Shown: piece by piece, positions 29,388-46,189 of the stretch
Numbering within the stretch: position 1 is the first letter of the stretch
Layout: each line of letters opens with the position of its first letter
Source: Eledone cirrhosa
Taxonomy: Eukaryota
Length of the DNA stretch: 64,000 bases
NCBI GenBank assembly: GCA_964016885.1
Contig: OZ024740.1
Span: 138,570,001-138,634,000 of the forward strand
Reading direction: 5' to 3'
Made by a program: the position numbers and the translations under genes
The notes under the pieces: generated by a model
Seen by the model: the letters and a program-made list of their open reading frames with translations, nothing else
Databases searched by the model: none
Told to the model about the DNA's origin: nothing

Positions 29388-29603
29388 CTGTGTGTGCATG
29401 TGTGTGTGTGCGTTTGTGTGTGTGTGTGAGAGAGAGAGAGAGATACATATACATACACACATATACACACACACATACATATGTATGTATTTTTTTTATT
29501 TAATCGCTGTAAACATCAGTGTAGAGCTGGTAAGCCACGGCTGTTCAGAAATGTATATAATACCTCTTATAATCAAGAGAGAAAACTTGAGAGAGAGAGA
29601 AAG

Positions 29604-29708
<105 letters not shown>

Positions 29709-30082
29709 AGAGGAGAAGAACCAAAAGAAACAACAATAAGGGAAAGGTGAAAAAGAGGGACGTAACCTCCATATAGTGACCCCCAATCTTGGTAGATTTT
29801 AAAAACCAATTTGAATATGACCCAGCTCTCTTAGACTGGAAGTTTTTAGAATATTATAAAGTGCCTAGTCAGTCTCCATCACAACATAGAAGTGATGCTA
29901 AAATATAGTGTCACTGACCATTTTAGAGCGCAAAGAGTTCTCCAAATTGCCCCCTCCCCCCCAATTCAGAAATGCTTCCACCGCCTCTCTCTATATATAT
30001 ATTATGCCGTATATATATATATATATATATGCTGTATATATATATATATATATATTATGCTGTATATATATATATATATATG

Positions 30083-30143
<61 letters not shown>

Positions 30144-30189
30144 ATATATATATGCTGTATATATATATATATTATGCTATATATATATG

Positions 30190-30244
<55 letters not shown>

Positions 30245-30245
30245 G

Positions 30246-30311
<66 letters not shown>

Positions 30312-30324
30312 TGTATATATGCTG

Positions 30325-31900
<1,576 letters not shown>

Positions 31901-31929
31901 GCTATATATATATATATATATATATTATG

Positions 31930-32140
31930 CCAGGCGCTGTAACCTCGGATGGACCAGCAGTACTCTTGGTAGGGGTCGAAACTGCCTAAGTCCATCTCAA
32001 CGGCCGATGATCATGGAGTTCTGTGTCTTTCGTTTTCGTATATTTATATTTTCAAAAATGGTTTCCCCTTAAAAAATTGCTTTTCGTTTTGTTTCCGTTC
32101 GTTGTCTTGTCCTTTCTTTGTTAATTTTCTTAATTTTATA
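31930..32140 (+). repeat. Unclassified (TA)n-embedded repeat, second copy at about 54285-54450
   Basis: Shared AAGTCCATCT.AACGGCCGATGA.C.TGGAGTTCTGTGTCTTTCGTTT. Possible HHR 3' half (GAAA...GTC), but no core seen. Confidence 0.55.
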
Positions 32141-32156
32141 TATATATATATATATA

Positions 32157-32292
32157 GTAATAATAAATGTGAAGACTAAAATCCAAAGGATAAATATATA
32201 TCAAATATATAAGAACTCTAGAGCAAATATTTATTAAAATAACAGATTAAAGTTTAAGCAAAACATCGCTGCTTTCACCCTTAACGGGATTA
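32157..32292 (-). mobile_element. 3' end fragment of the second Hydra-type family (as 62798-62950), truncated in HHR stem II
   Basis: Near identity to 62798-62947. Another rearranged fragment at about 61112-61255. Confidence 0.75.
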
Positions 32293-32386
32293 ATATATAT
32301 ATATAGTAAAAAATTGAACGGGAACAAAACAGACAGGCAGTACGAACAAAGGTTTATTAGTTTCACGCTCTTGAGAGTGGGGTGGT

Positions 32387-32441
<55 letters not shown>

Positions 32442-32472
32442 CGGAAGGTAAATATATATATATATATGTTTA

Positions 32473-32648
<176 letters not shown>

Positions 32649-35600
32649 GAGACAGGGAGAGAAGTAAATATAAATACATAAATATATATAAATATGTATA
32701 TTAATATACAGTATATATATATTTACACGCACACACACATATGTATATAGGTATAAATTGGTTTATATAAGAAATTCTCTAAAGATACCGACCGCAACAT
32801 GAAGCATGAAAAGAAAAAGAGAAAAAAAATGAAAGTGTTTACAGAAATCTGTGTGATGAAGGTACAAAGGGAACTATGCAAGCTGATGGAACTTTTATCG
32901 AGAGAGAAATCTACCAAACAGATGCTATTTATAGATCTAGCCATCTGTAGTTGATACCAACGTCCTTCGAATTCCTGTATTTCTGTATCATGATGACGAA
33001 GGACCGAGGTTTCATAACCGATCAAAGGAACAGCGCAGTCTGTTTATATGTTCACGTCAAAGAGACTTGACTCTCATTTTTCATTTGTACACTCGGACCA
33101 CTTAACTATAAATAGCCGTGGCATGTCCTTTTAAAAAGAAAAATACGCATTGCTTACCCAGTAAGAATTATTATTTATTTAATTATCTATCCATTATTTC
33201 TCAAAATGTGTTCCGAGGAACCCAAGAGTTCCGTGGAATAAGGTATCTATATTATAGTTTTATTTTTAAAAAAATATTACGTACTTTATATGAATAAATC
33301 CTCTCTTTAAACAAATTTTGTTTATTTAATGCTGAAGTTTCAAATACGCGGCCCGCAATCTACTTTTCTGAGGACCACGGCAGAAAAATTTATTGACTAA
33401 TATTTCCCTTAAACTTGGTAATTTGTCCGTCTCTTAATAATATTTACAGTATAATTCATCGCAATTTACTGTCATGCATTTTCAGTTTGATAGAAAAAAT
33501 AAAGTATCCCCTATTAGCTGTTTTGCAGATAAGCATTGTAACTGGTGGCAACCATCCCCACCCTCTTTTGACCTACTCTGCCACGCCTCCAGGACGTAAT
33601 GACCCCTTTGAGTCCTTGAATATGAGACCTTGAGATTTAATGCCTTAATAGTATGGCGTGGGTCGTTATGTTTTGTAAAATCATACAAGCGTTCCTCGAC
33701 AAAATAGAATTAGGAATCACTGACCTAGCATTGTTTTTATTCCGTTTCGCAGTTTTGTTGACTACTAAATTCGTTACGACAATACTTGAATAATTGAATA
33801 ATGACATTGACATTTTAAAACAATGTAATGAGTTAATAATGAGGGGCACAGTTTTAAAATCTGTTTTTGTTTTGAAAAAGATGATGGGAGGTTATTTTTT
33901 CTCACGTACACAACATTCCATTTGCAACTCTAGTATTTATTTTCAGGGACACACGACTGGTAAATAGGTACCATGCAAGGGTACAATTCAATGTAGCTTC
34001 GCGTCAATAAGGGACCTTCTTTGTGATTTAAAAGCAACATTGACATGAGTACTGCCTCTTCCTCAAGACCTATCTAATAAAAAAAATATCAATACTCTCA
34101 TATCACACCCCAAGGAAAAAAGACACAATTACAAAAAGACAGAACGGTCACAGCTAAGATGCCTTTGGTTACAGGTATGTTCAATCAAAGCTGATCTGAG
34201 GTTTTTATGAAATGTTCAGTTAAAAGCCGTGACCATCCTGTGTCATCGGGTATTTTTTTACAAGACATAAGAGACAGAGAAATCAAAGTTGACCTCGGTG
34301 GGATTTGAACCCAAAACATAAAGAGTTAGAACAAACACCGCAAAACAGTTTGGCCTAATAATGATTTCCGATTTAAGCACAAGGTCAACAATTTTGGGGA
34401 ATGGAAAGTCGATCATTACTCGATAATTACTATGGCTAAACAACATCAACAATTATGACAATTCTTAAAAAACATCCCAGCCAAAGCTTCATGACCTCTT
34501 AGGAGAGCAATCAATCACGTGATAAGCTTCTGACGTCACAGTGATATCACCAATTACGCAACCATCACTTAAAGGCAGCCTAGCGTTGCGACCAGGCAAG
34601 TGTTAGTTCCTGATATAAACTTTTAGACATCACAGATGTTTCCAGATGCTTATACCCATTTAATATATAGTAAGTTATCCTTACAAACTACGTCTCATGT
34701 AATCACATGTGACATTTCGAAGAAAATACAAGAAAGCGAATAAAAGAGTCGAAATGAAACCTAATTGTTATGCTGGTATTTTAAGCAAGTTAGACGCAAT
34801 CATAGCCGAGTGATCAAAAAATTCGCTTCGTAAATCATGAAATCTCGAGTTCGATCCCACTGAGAGATATCTTCAGAAAGTATCTTCAGTTATAGCTACG
34901 AGTCCACCCATGCCTTACGAGTAAAATGTTGTAAGCATAAACTAAATGGATTGTGTTTGTAATTCAAATATTCATCTTTGTCACACAATGTGATTGTTGA
35001 TTTGGCTTGGGAATGAAGTTAAGGGTATCTGTACCTGTGGTATACTCAATCATTTATGCGTTGATTGAGCAACTGAATGTTCGCCGTCGATACCAAGGAA
35101 AGATCTATTACATCTAACAAAATGACTACATCTATTAACTCCAAATAAAAGGGTAAAGACCCCTATCGGTCACGGATGACCATGGGATTTTCATCTAGAA
35201 AGTTCCTCTCCGAGGCACAAATCCGGTCATGGTTATTTGTGGAAGACCAGCAGTCGCCCATACATGTCAGTCTCCCCTCTCTATGCCACCGATGTTGTCC
35301 AGGGGAAAGGCAAAGGCCGATACAGCTTGGCATCAGTGACGACGCAATTCATTCTACAGCTGAGTGAACTCCAGTTCACTCAGCTGTAGAATGAAATAAA
35401 ATATCTTGCTCAAGAACACAATGCATAGCCCAGTCCGGAATCGAACTCACAACCTCATGATTGTAAACCCGACGATCTAACAACTAAGCCAAGACAAAAT
35501 AATCCAGAGTGCGGAAATTTGCAGTATTAAATATTAATATTTAATGTGATGCAGTCATAGTACTGTTTTATACTTTTCAAGAATGTCTTGCCAATGAAGT

Positions 35601-36149
35601 TCTATGTGTGTTGTCGATTACAATATTTATAGTATCTGTACTGGGAAAAAGTTAGTTTGTTCAGCAAAAACGTTAATAATATGATAGTCGTATGAGAAGC
35701 TTGTGGGTTCTTGACATTTACCACTTATTAACCATCTCTTGCCACCACATTCAATATCTTAAGGGACAGTCCACCTTGTGGTCCCGGCCGACTGGATGGA
35801 GAAGACATTGTCTCGGGGGACAGTGAGGGAGACGCGCAGAAAGAGCCACCCCACATCACGGGTAGACAGCTTGCTCCATTTTTCTATCGGTTTGCCAACA
35901 TAATTGTTGTTCTTGGCTTCAAAATGTCATTTATGCCGGTATCCATCCCTAGTTAAGAAATATTTAAGTTAAGTTACTTAATGCAGTATGCATTAAAGAG
36001 GTAATTAGCAATAATTATATCAACGTCTAATATATTAATGATTAGCAGAAACACCGAATTCCGTGTGATTTTCTACTAATTTATGAATTATATTATGTCG
36101 CCTTTTCTTCATAGAACTATATTACTATCTCAATTATATATATATATAT

Positions 36150-36621
36150 ATATTTCGTTTCTGAATTTGTTTAGCAAGATTCTTTATCTGAAAACGTGTG
36201 TTGAAACCGATATTGTTATACTTTGGGAGGGTCATGTTGCCAATAAGAAACACACATGCACCAGTTGCTTTCACTTCAATTTATTATAATAAATTTATAA
36301 ATTTAGGAATTTATAAATTTCCGGTTGGTTGGTTGGTTGGTTCCACAACCAGATGATTGTTTATATATTGTCAAAGTTCTTTCGTCACGCATTCTGTGAC
36401 CTCTTCAGTGACTGGGTATTCTTTTCTTTGTTTTTGTGACTCTCCTTTGTTCAGTCCTGTGTGACGAAAGAACTTTGACAATATATAAACAATCATCTGG
36501 TTGTGGAACCAACCAACCAACCGGAAATTTATAAATTCCTAAATTTATAAATTTATTATAATAAATTAAAGTGAAAGCAACTGGTGCGTGTGTTTCTTAT
36601 TGGCAACATGACCCTTCCAAA

Positions 36622-36625
<4 letters not shown>
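36150..36625 (-). mobile_element. Naiad-related pseudo-LTR fold-back with intact-looking HHR at 36370-36412(-)
   Basis: GTCA-CTGAAGA-G-GTCAC AGAATGC GTGAC-GAAA-GAAC-TT-TGAC. The inverted arm 36459-36625 starts in stem II. (TA)n flanks. Confidence 0.8.
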
Positions 36626-36720
<95 letters not shown>

Positions 36721-37309
36721 ATAAGAGTCAGACAATACGATATCGCCTTGGGTAGAATACCCCAAGATCAATAGGCGAGTTCTCTCCAGCGGCTTCTGTC
36801 CTTCATCATCACCACCATGTCCCACGTCACCCTGAGTCCAGTGTCTGTCCTTACGGTATCAACATATTGTGTCTTGTGTAAGCTCATTAATACTAGCCCA
36901 TCAAGTTTGCACTATGTATAAATAAGATTTCCTCCCTCCAAAATGATTTATTTACAAAATCTATTTATAAGAAGATATTAGCGTTTGTACTTCAGTACCG
37001 TAGTAATTAAGCGTCCGCTAACGGCGTTCTTGCACGGTTACTGAGGTAGTTGTAATATCATCACAGCTTAAAATACTCACAGTGATTTTAGTGAAGGTAC
37101 GTGGCTTAGTGTCAAGAAACAACAGCAACAATAACAATATCAGCAGCACTACTGTATAGCTACTGTTACTTCTGTTATATTGTTGCTATTATTGTTGATG
37201 TTATAGTAGTGACAATAATAACAACAGAAACCCAAATAAAGATACTTGTTTAGTAACAACATACATATGAAAGCGCAAATATATATATATATTTGTCTAG
37301 TCACTCATC

Positions 37310-37490
37310 AACGCAACTGGTAATATATAACCCAGATCAATCTGTGCATGGTCGAGTCGTCGGCCACCAACCGGCCACCTCAGCAAGTTTACTTAGTGAG
37401 GAGAATGATTTTTGACGCCATGTGGGATGAAAACAAAACCCATCAAATAGTGGAGGAACTCAGGAGAGTCAACGGCCATCCAATAAGGTA
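37310..37490 (-). repeat. Unclassified dispersed repeat, related to 59560-59706(+) and 60158-60345(+)
   Basis: Shared GGATGGCCGTTGA...AAATCA...CTCAC.AA.TAAACTTG...GACGAC.CGACCATGC. Confidence 0.6.
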
Positions 37491-37799
37491 TTTTTTTAGT
37501 GGGCAGTGGAGTGAGAGACCCGAATATTCATTAAGATCTCTCGGAGATGGTCACTCATGTAAAACCTGCGAATTCGTTTGCATCGTAAGATGTAGACCAA
37601 TTTACTTTTTGGGTAAATGCATTCGCTGGGATTGGTTCTGTGCAAAGCCTTCCCTCTCTTAAAAAAGCTTCAAGCACATGCATCGCTTGATATGTGACAC
37701 CTTTTGTGCTGCATGGCGTGGCTAACCGTAGCCGAAAAAGGCAATATCACATCGTAACAACTACTGCGAGAGGCCCTCTTCGTTGCAACGTCTGAGCAA

Positions 37800-37906
<107 letters not shown>

Positions 37907-38753
37907 AATATAAAAATGGCTTCCACAGGACCAGAACTGTTTCATTCGAAAGAAATCATCATACATATAGGCTTCTGAAGGCGCGTGGCTTAGTGGTTAG
38001 GCAGTTCAACCTACGACTGTAGGCCGTGCGTTCGACTTCCAGCGGTACGCTGTGTCCTTGAGCAAGACACTTTATTCCACTTAACTGGCAACAATTAGTT
38101 GTACCTGCAATTCAAACGAACCCCCTTGTCACGTACTTTTGTCATTCTGAATTTCTCTGAGAATTGCAGTAAGAGTACACGTGCCTGTGGAATGCTCAGT
38201 CACTTACACTTTATCTTCATCAACAGGATATTCCCTTGATCAAATCCCGGAACACTAACATCGAAGTCGTGTCCTACATGTATTTGATATAGTAGAGTGG
38301 GATTTGAGAGGATAAAATTATATAGCAAATTCAATATTTATTAATATCTCAAAAATTGATCGTGGTTTTTGTAATCAGCAAAACTACATCTGTGTAAAAA
38401 TTTACAATAAAATCGGATACTGTTCGTCAAAGAAAAAGATCCCTGCCTCCTTTTCAGTGTCGCTGTCTCTATCACACACCCCTCTGTTACTATAACAACA
38501 ACTGTTGTTTTCACACTACTAACACTACCACTACCGCCACCATCACTATCAACAGTACATTCTGTAGAATCGGATATATCCAATATAATGTCGTTTCTTT
38601 TTGCTTTTACTCTCTTGCCAATCTATCTCTTCCCCTTTTTCCATCGCCACCCGCTACACTCTTCGGCAAATTCACCATCCGTCTTTACCTACCCGTATCA
38701 GTCTACTCCACTTTTGTTGCGGATGTAGTCGATACTGTTTTAGGTCGTCGTCG

Positions 38754-38784
<31 letters not shown>

Positions 38785-38899
38785 CATTCCTGTTGATGTT
38801 TTTGTTTGTTATCGAAGCCGTTGTGCTGCGGCTCTTGCATATATTGTTACTGAACAACTATCTTTATTTGGGTTGATGTTGTTATTGTGGCTACTATAA

Positions 38900-38931
<32 letters not shown>

Positions 38932-39111
38932 CGTGATTATCATCAACAAAAACAACAACTATATAGCAGCAGCAGTAGTGCTGCTGCTGACATCATTATT
39001 GTTGTTGCTGTTTTTACTTGTCTCTATCATCCTTGTTATCCTATAACCCTAACCAACGTTGATGAGAGAAGAATATCGAATAACCTTAATCTTGAAAGCA
39101 GACAAGAAGCT

Positions 39112-39740
39112 GTACGTTGCTAAGGCCACGTTGCTGGCATGGCGTTGTAGGTTGCTAAAGGGACATTGCTGGCAAGTCATTGTAGGTTCCTAAAGTGGTA
39201 TTACTGATAAGCCGTTGTTGGTTGCTAATATGACGTTGTTGGTTGCTAATATGACGTTGTAGGTTGCTAATATGACGTTATAGTTTGCTAATATGGCTTG
39301 CTAGCTATACTGGGTTGCTAAGGTGCCATTGACAACAACACGTTGTTGTTAAGGTCATACTACTGATATGAGGCTACCAAAAGATGAGATTGCTGACTTG
39401 GCAGATACAGTGAAGATGGCGTCATTAAATTGCCATTGAGATAGGGTATCTAGGATTACAAAAGTCATATTACGGAAAGTGCGTTACAAAAGTAACATTG
39501 CCAAAATGATGTCACAATGGTAACATGGCTGACATGACGTTAGAAAGGTCACATTCTTGAGATGACGTTACTAAGCTGACATTGATGAGTTGACATCATA
39601 AAGGTCATATTACTGAAATGACGGTACTAAAGTCACACTGTTGAATTGATGTTACGAAGGTCATATTACTGAACTGATGTTACTAATATGTCGCAGCTGA
39701 GATGAATTTACCAAAAGGCCACAACGTTACAAAGGCGACA
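39112..39740. repeat. Degenerate minisatellite (about 20-bp then about 29-bp units)
   Basis: GGTTGCTAATATGACGTTGT repeats grading into GATGTTAC.AAGGTCATATTACTGA repeats. Confidence 0.65.
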
Positions 39741-42380
39741 CTAATTGTTCAGAGTTCAACTGCCATTGTGGACTACATGTGTGGTAAATATAATCTGTCA
39801 CCCGGCTTAATACAAACCACCTGGCCATCAAGTGCCATTAGCGGAGTCCACTTTCTTGCAAGCATTCGGACAAGATCTTCAGTTTAAGAATATCTTCTTT
39901 GCTCCCACCAGTCTTTGAGGATCTAAAATGGGTCATAAGCACTGCTCTGCCATCCCATATGAAACAGTTAAATATCTTTCTAATTGTTATTCTAAAGGTT
40001 AGTGTATTGAATGCTGTATAAAAAAAGTTCCTAACTGAAATTTCTCTCTCAGTTGAAGGAAGAAAACAAAAAAACAGTAACTGTTACTGGCTCTCATAGT
40101 AAAGGAGAAAGAATCTCAAGAAATTAAGATCTAATTTCTCAAAGTTAATTTACATGATTTGGAAAAGGAAAGTTTGATCTATGTTTGCAGGTCTATTATA
40201 TTTCTTTAGCATAGTACAGTCTAATCAAGCTGGCCTATTAATTGACATATATTTACATATATAAACAAAAACAGTTCTTTGGCAAATATAATTTGCATAA
40301 ATGAAAATATAATAAGCTAATTAACTACTGTTAATTTACCGATGATATCACAGAAAAGCAGCAGCACCACCAGTTACCTCATTAGGACCAATAGTTCAGC
40401 TACTGTTAACATATCTAATGTAGTGAGCAACAGAATTCTAATTAGAAATATTTATGTGATGAGGAAAAGGCAACTTTAGCTTATGCAGGAGATAATTTCG
40501 AACATGTTTCTATCAAATTAGTCCTACTTAGATTTCACTGTATTTACCGAAAGAGTAATGAGAGAGTCACTCTGTAAATGTATAAAAATTAGCATATTAA
40601 AAACAAACAGACAATAAATCGCTGAGTTTAATTACTCAGAAACAACATCTGCATGGCAAACAATAGTTAAATTAGTGTTAACATATTCAATATAAAGAGC
40701 ATCAAAAATTTAATTAGAAATAATTATGTGGCGAGAAAAAGACAACATTAGCTTAATAACTCCGGAGTGAAACTAAAGCAATTACGTTAGCCATTAAAAA
40801 AAAAAAAAAAATTAAATTCGTTTTATGTTTATCATTTATTTCCTGATGTCAAAATTTAACAGTTTTTATGGGTTATTTGAATAGCTAAAATGACTTTTCC
40901 ACGATGTAATAGCTTGATAATTGATATTATTTTTATTATTTCAGCAATTTAGTCTGAGGTTGAGTAGTGAGGGTCCTGACCTTTGTAGAAGACCACCTCA
41001 AAGGAGGTTATAGTGTTTCTTCTCTAGTTTGATGTTTGTAAGAAAAATAATCGACAGATTGTGAGGGAGATCGAGGCTGCTTAGTTCTTGGGAGGGAGTA
41101 TTAATAATGATAGTAGTAGGAGTGACAGCGATGGGGATAGTTTGGTGTTGATGTTGATGGCCTTGATGGCTGTCACTGTTTGCGTTGAAATATGTGATAT
41201 GATGGTGTGTTGTGTGATACGGTGAATGGCTGGACATGATGATATTAACAGGACAAATGGTGTAGTTGTTGTTGTTGTTGGTAGTGGTGGTAGAGTAATT
41301 TTCCGACCACCTAACGATAGGGCCGATAAGATTTAAAAAACGGCAAAGGAAATAATTATTTCAACACCTCCTTCACCCCACAAACATACCGACACCCTTC
41401 TGTACCCGGCTCTATCTCAGCATGTTGAGTGGACCCTAAAACAAACAAAATAAATAAACAGAAGGCAACTAACAGGGGACTCCATTAAAGAGAATTCTAA
41501 AGAATTGCCATATGTGAACGAGAGAACAGTGGAAAATTCCACACAGATTCTTTGTTCTCGTTTTTTTTTCGTTTTTCAGATTTTGTTCCCCTTCTTGTCT
41601 AATGCCACCGTCACTTACTACAGCATACAAAACTATAGCGGGCCAATGAGGAAACCTCTACACAGCCGCCTCACCTGCTAAAAATAGCAACTGAATTTCC
41701 CCCAAACCACAAACTACTGCTTTAAAAAGTTTGTGTTTTTTACTGTTTTAATGAAGGAAAGGACAATGTATTTGGTTCTATATACATGTTTTGAAAAAAA
41801 GGATGGTGGGAGTATTGTCTCGGATATCTAGGTCTATTGGATCAGTTTGACCGAGGGTTAAACAACAATACCAACAAGAAAAGGCCCCGGGACAACGAGA
41901 AAGCGAGCCTCTAAGTCATTGCTCAGCCTACTTGAAACAGCAGCCAATTTTCCCTCAAATCAATTTGACCAGAGTTATACACAGTCTTGAGACATCGAGA
42001 AAGCAAGCCTCTAAGTGACCGTTGAATTTGCTTGAAACTGCAGCTAAATCCGTAAAGGACACGCTGGTGGTTATAGTACTGGATTTCCATGAAAAGACTG
42101 GATGGTCGCGAATGGCTTACTTTTGATCGATTTAGGGCGAAACAAGTAACAGCAATAATGACTGAAGTGAATTAATGAAATCTTTGTCATATAACACGGG
42201 TACTTGCAATGTTCATAACTTTTGGAAAGACATCAGCAACATGTCATGAGAAATATATAGAGATACGGTAATTGGAAAGTGCCTGCCACCATCACATCCC
42301 CATAATCCCCACTATCATCAATATTAGCAACATCTCCATCCTCCTCCTCCTCCTCCTCCTCCTCCTCCTCCTCCTCCTCC

Positions 42381-42425
<45 letters not shown>

Positions 42426-42520
42426 GTAGTAGTAGTAGTAGTAGTAATCTACGTCGCCATTTTGTTGAATGCTTTGTCTTTCCGTTATTGATAATCATCA
42501 GCATTTGTTATAATTATCAT

Positions 42521-42576
<56 letters not shown>

Positions 42577-42984
42577 ATGGCGGCGTTTATACTGTTGTTT
42601 TAGTGAATGCCATAGTTATTGTTGTTGACATCGGTATCGACGCCATCTTTGTCTGTTCTCCCTAAGATTTTGATATTCAATACTTGATACAATCGCCAAT
42701 GCTGTCTGATGAAAATGATGATGATGATGGTGATGATGGTGAACGTAAGGAACGTGTTGTTGTTGCTGTTGTTATTGCTGTTGTTGTTGTTGTTGTTTTT
42801 GAAGATATCAGCAGCAACAACAACAACAACAACATAAACCGCCATCGTCTTCTGTGACGTTGTTAAACCATTATAGTTTGGTATTAGAAAGAATTATATC
42901 AATCATTGCGATTGCAGTGGTGATATGTATATGGTATTTGTGGTGTATATGATGTATATGGTTGTCATGGTGGTAGCGGTATCT

Positions 42985-43530
42985 TTATGGTGTGTTGTTG
43001 TTGTGGTAGCAGTGGTGGTGAGTTTGGGGTGTATGTTGTTGTGGTGGTAGTGGTGGTAGTGGTGGCATTAGTGGTGTATGTTGTTGTGGTGGTAGTGGTG
43101 GCAGTAGTGGTGAGTTTGTGGTGTATGTTGTTGTGGTGGCAGTAGTGGTGAGTTTGTGGTGTATGTTGTTGTGGTGGTAGTAGTGGAAGTAGTGGTGAGT
43201 TTGTGGTGCATGTTGTTGTGGTGGTAGTGGTGGCAGTAGTGGTGAGTTTGGGGTGTAAGTCATTGAGATGGTGGTAGTGGTGAGTTTGTGGTGTATGTTG
43301 TTGTTGTGGTGGTGGTGCCAGTAGTGGTGAGTTTGTGGTGTATGTTGTTGTGGTGGCAGTAGTGGTGAGTTTGTGGTGTATGTTGTTGTGGTGGTAGTAG
43401 TGGGGAATTTGTGGTGTATGTTGTTGTGGTGGTAGTAGTGGGGAATTTGTGGTGTATGTTTTTGTGATGGAGCAGTGGGGAATTTGTGGTGTTTGTTGTT
43501 GTGATGGAGTAGTGGGGAATTTGTGATGTT
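42985..43530. repeat. GT-rich minisatellite (about 36-48 bp unit)
   Basis: AGTAGTGGTGAGTTTGTGGTGTATGTTGTTGTGGTGGT repeated more than ten times. Confidence 0.8.
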
Positions 43531-43834
43531 TGTGGTATATGATATTTTGATTGGAGTAGGAGTAGTGGTGATGTTTGTCGTTCTGAAGTTAGTGGTGGTC
43601 TGTTTGTTCTGTATACCACTGTGATTGTTGTAGTAGTGTTAGTATTAGTGACAGTGATGATGATGATGGTAATGGTAATGGTGGCAGTGAAGCTATCAAT
43701 GAGAGTGACAGCAGGGATAGTTATGGCGAAGAGATTATTATTTGTGTTTTTCTTCTCATTCGTCTCTCCGGATAGCTACGAAAACAAACGGAGTCAAATA
43801 ACCAATCTTGGCCAACAGCGCGGAAAATAGAGTA

Positions 43835-43883
<49 letters not shown>

Positions 43884-43894
43884 TTAGTGAGTGA

Positions 43895-43971
<77 letters not shown>

Positions 43972-44566
43972 TGAATGAATGTGTGTGTCTCAGTGAATGT
44001 GTGAGTGAATGTGTGTATGTGTGTGTCTCAGTGAATGTGTGTGTTTCAGTGAATGTGTGTATGTGTGCGTCTCAGTGAATGTGTGTGTGTGTGTGTTTCA
44101 GTGAATGTGTGTATCTCACTGCGTTTGTCATCGGTGTGTGTGTCGTCGGTGTGCATGTTGTCTGTGTGCGTGCATGTGTGTGTATTTGTTTGTGCATTGT
44201 GTATGTATGTATGTATGTATGTATGTATGTATGTATGTATGTATGTATGTATGTATGTATGTATGTATGTATGTATGTATCTGGGCGTGTGCGTATGTGT
44301 ATTGTGTACACAGATGTGTATGTATTTGTGAGTGAGTGTATGTATGCATATGTGTGTGCGCGCTTCTGAAAGTGTGGGTATGTGTCTGCAAGCGTATGTA
44401 GGCGTTTAGTATGCAAAGGGATTGTGGGTAACGGAAATCAGAACTATAGAAAAAGGAAGAAAGAAAGAGCAGTTTTGAAAAGTTGCCTTGTTTTTCCCAG
44501 ATTTATAGACACGGACTTCTGGGAAATCTTGCCACAGTACGAGAGGAGAGGAAAGAGAGAGAGAGA

Positions 44567-44624
<58 letters not shown>

Positions 44625-44824
44625 AAGAGAGGGGAGGTAGATAGATAGAGAGAGTGAGGTGAGTGAAGGTAGAGGCTAAAGAAGAGAAGGAAGTGGAAGG
44701 AGGAGCATCAATCAACAGTTTCATCACTGTTCATGAAAAATTGCTTCGTAGAAGTTTCTAGAAGAATTTAATAACCACCACGTGATACTCAGTGCACACA
44801 AACATGCACGCATGCGCACGCGCG

Positions 44825-44875
<51 letters not shown>

Positions 44876-46091
44876 GAACGCACACATAGACACACACACA
44901 GTTGCACTTACATTCAGTTCACCTCAGATTCTTTAAAATACGCCGTAGTGTTCATACATATTTATCTTGGGCAAGTGTCATTTACTAAAGTTTCAGATAG
45001 ACCTATGTACCAGTAATTCAAAGGACCAACCTTGTCACACGTTCTGTCACAATGAATTTCCTTGAGAATTACGTTAAAGATACACGTGTCACTGAAATAC
45101 TCAGTCACATACACGTGAATTTCATGAGCAGGCTGGTTTGTTCATTGAACAACTGGAACAATAATCGTCGATACCGACGGGGTCCGTCAATTTTTTGATT
45201 AATTGATTACGCTGCCGACGAATGCACATTATGCAAATTAGACTAGACAGTTATGTTCTAGTTTGTTTGGCATAAATAACACGTTTGTCAGAAGCTCTCT
45301 CTGAAGCAAAATTATAAAGGTACTTGTCTCCAAACGAGTGACCGCGAAACGTAGAATTTGTCTCTTTTGTTTTATCTGTGTAAATAGCAGAGAATTTTCA
45401 ACATTTGTTAAATTTTTTACAAAGAGGCTTAGACATTATAATTATACTTGCATTAATATTATCTAATATACGCTGGGTTGTGCATAAATATGTATCTTGG
45501 GTGTTTGTGTGTGTGTTTGTGTGTGTGTGCGCGCGCGCCTGTCTCTGTGTTAAACATGGTGTATAAGACATAAACAAGCAGAAAGAAAGACGGAATTATT
45601 ACGCATCATACCCAGGTTTTCTTTTTATTTTTAAATCATTCTTTTTGGCGTTTTCACAGATTTTGGAGTGAGATAACGCAACGTCACATGGCGTGTGTAC
45701 ATACATTATGTACACGCACATACACACAAATATATATGGAATGAATAATATCAACCTTTAAAAGCCGAAACTGTAGTGATTTCTAGAGGTTAACTAAAGA
45801 AGTACGACTAGGTTTTTCCGTTTATTTTTTCCAATGTCTTTGTCCTGTGCTCACCATATTTAAGTTAAATCAAGTCATCTCAGATCGATCCTTTAAGTCT
45901 CTCACAGGAATACTCCCTTGATAATGGGTTTTTAAATATTTGGCACTATTAAATTTGCTAAGGTAAAATTCTATTTTTATCTTGGCAATTTAAAAAAATG
46001 TTCTAGTGCATTGTATAGTTTTCAAAATGATCTAAATTTGTTTTTCCTATTCAACAATGCTTCAAGCAAACTACAACACTCTGATATATAT

Positions 46092-46189
<98 letters not shown>

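Noticed and set aside
37978-38045. tRNA gene
   Set aside because: The A/B boxes continue directly into a SINE body and there is no complete cloverleaf. The same applies to the other SINE heads.
39780-39995. RKIFNCFIWDG motif resembling L1/Tx1 ORF2 on minus
   Set aside because: It is a short isolated similarity with no supporting downstream motifs.
40378-40440. Candidate extra minus-strand exon (ILLLTTLDMLTVAELLVLM)
   Set aside because: It lies in a diverged local duplication (about 40310-40500 vs 40625-40760) and lacks family motifs.
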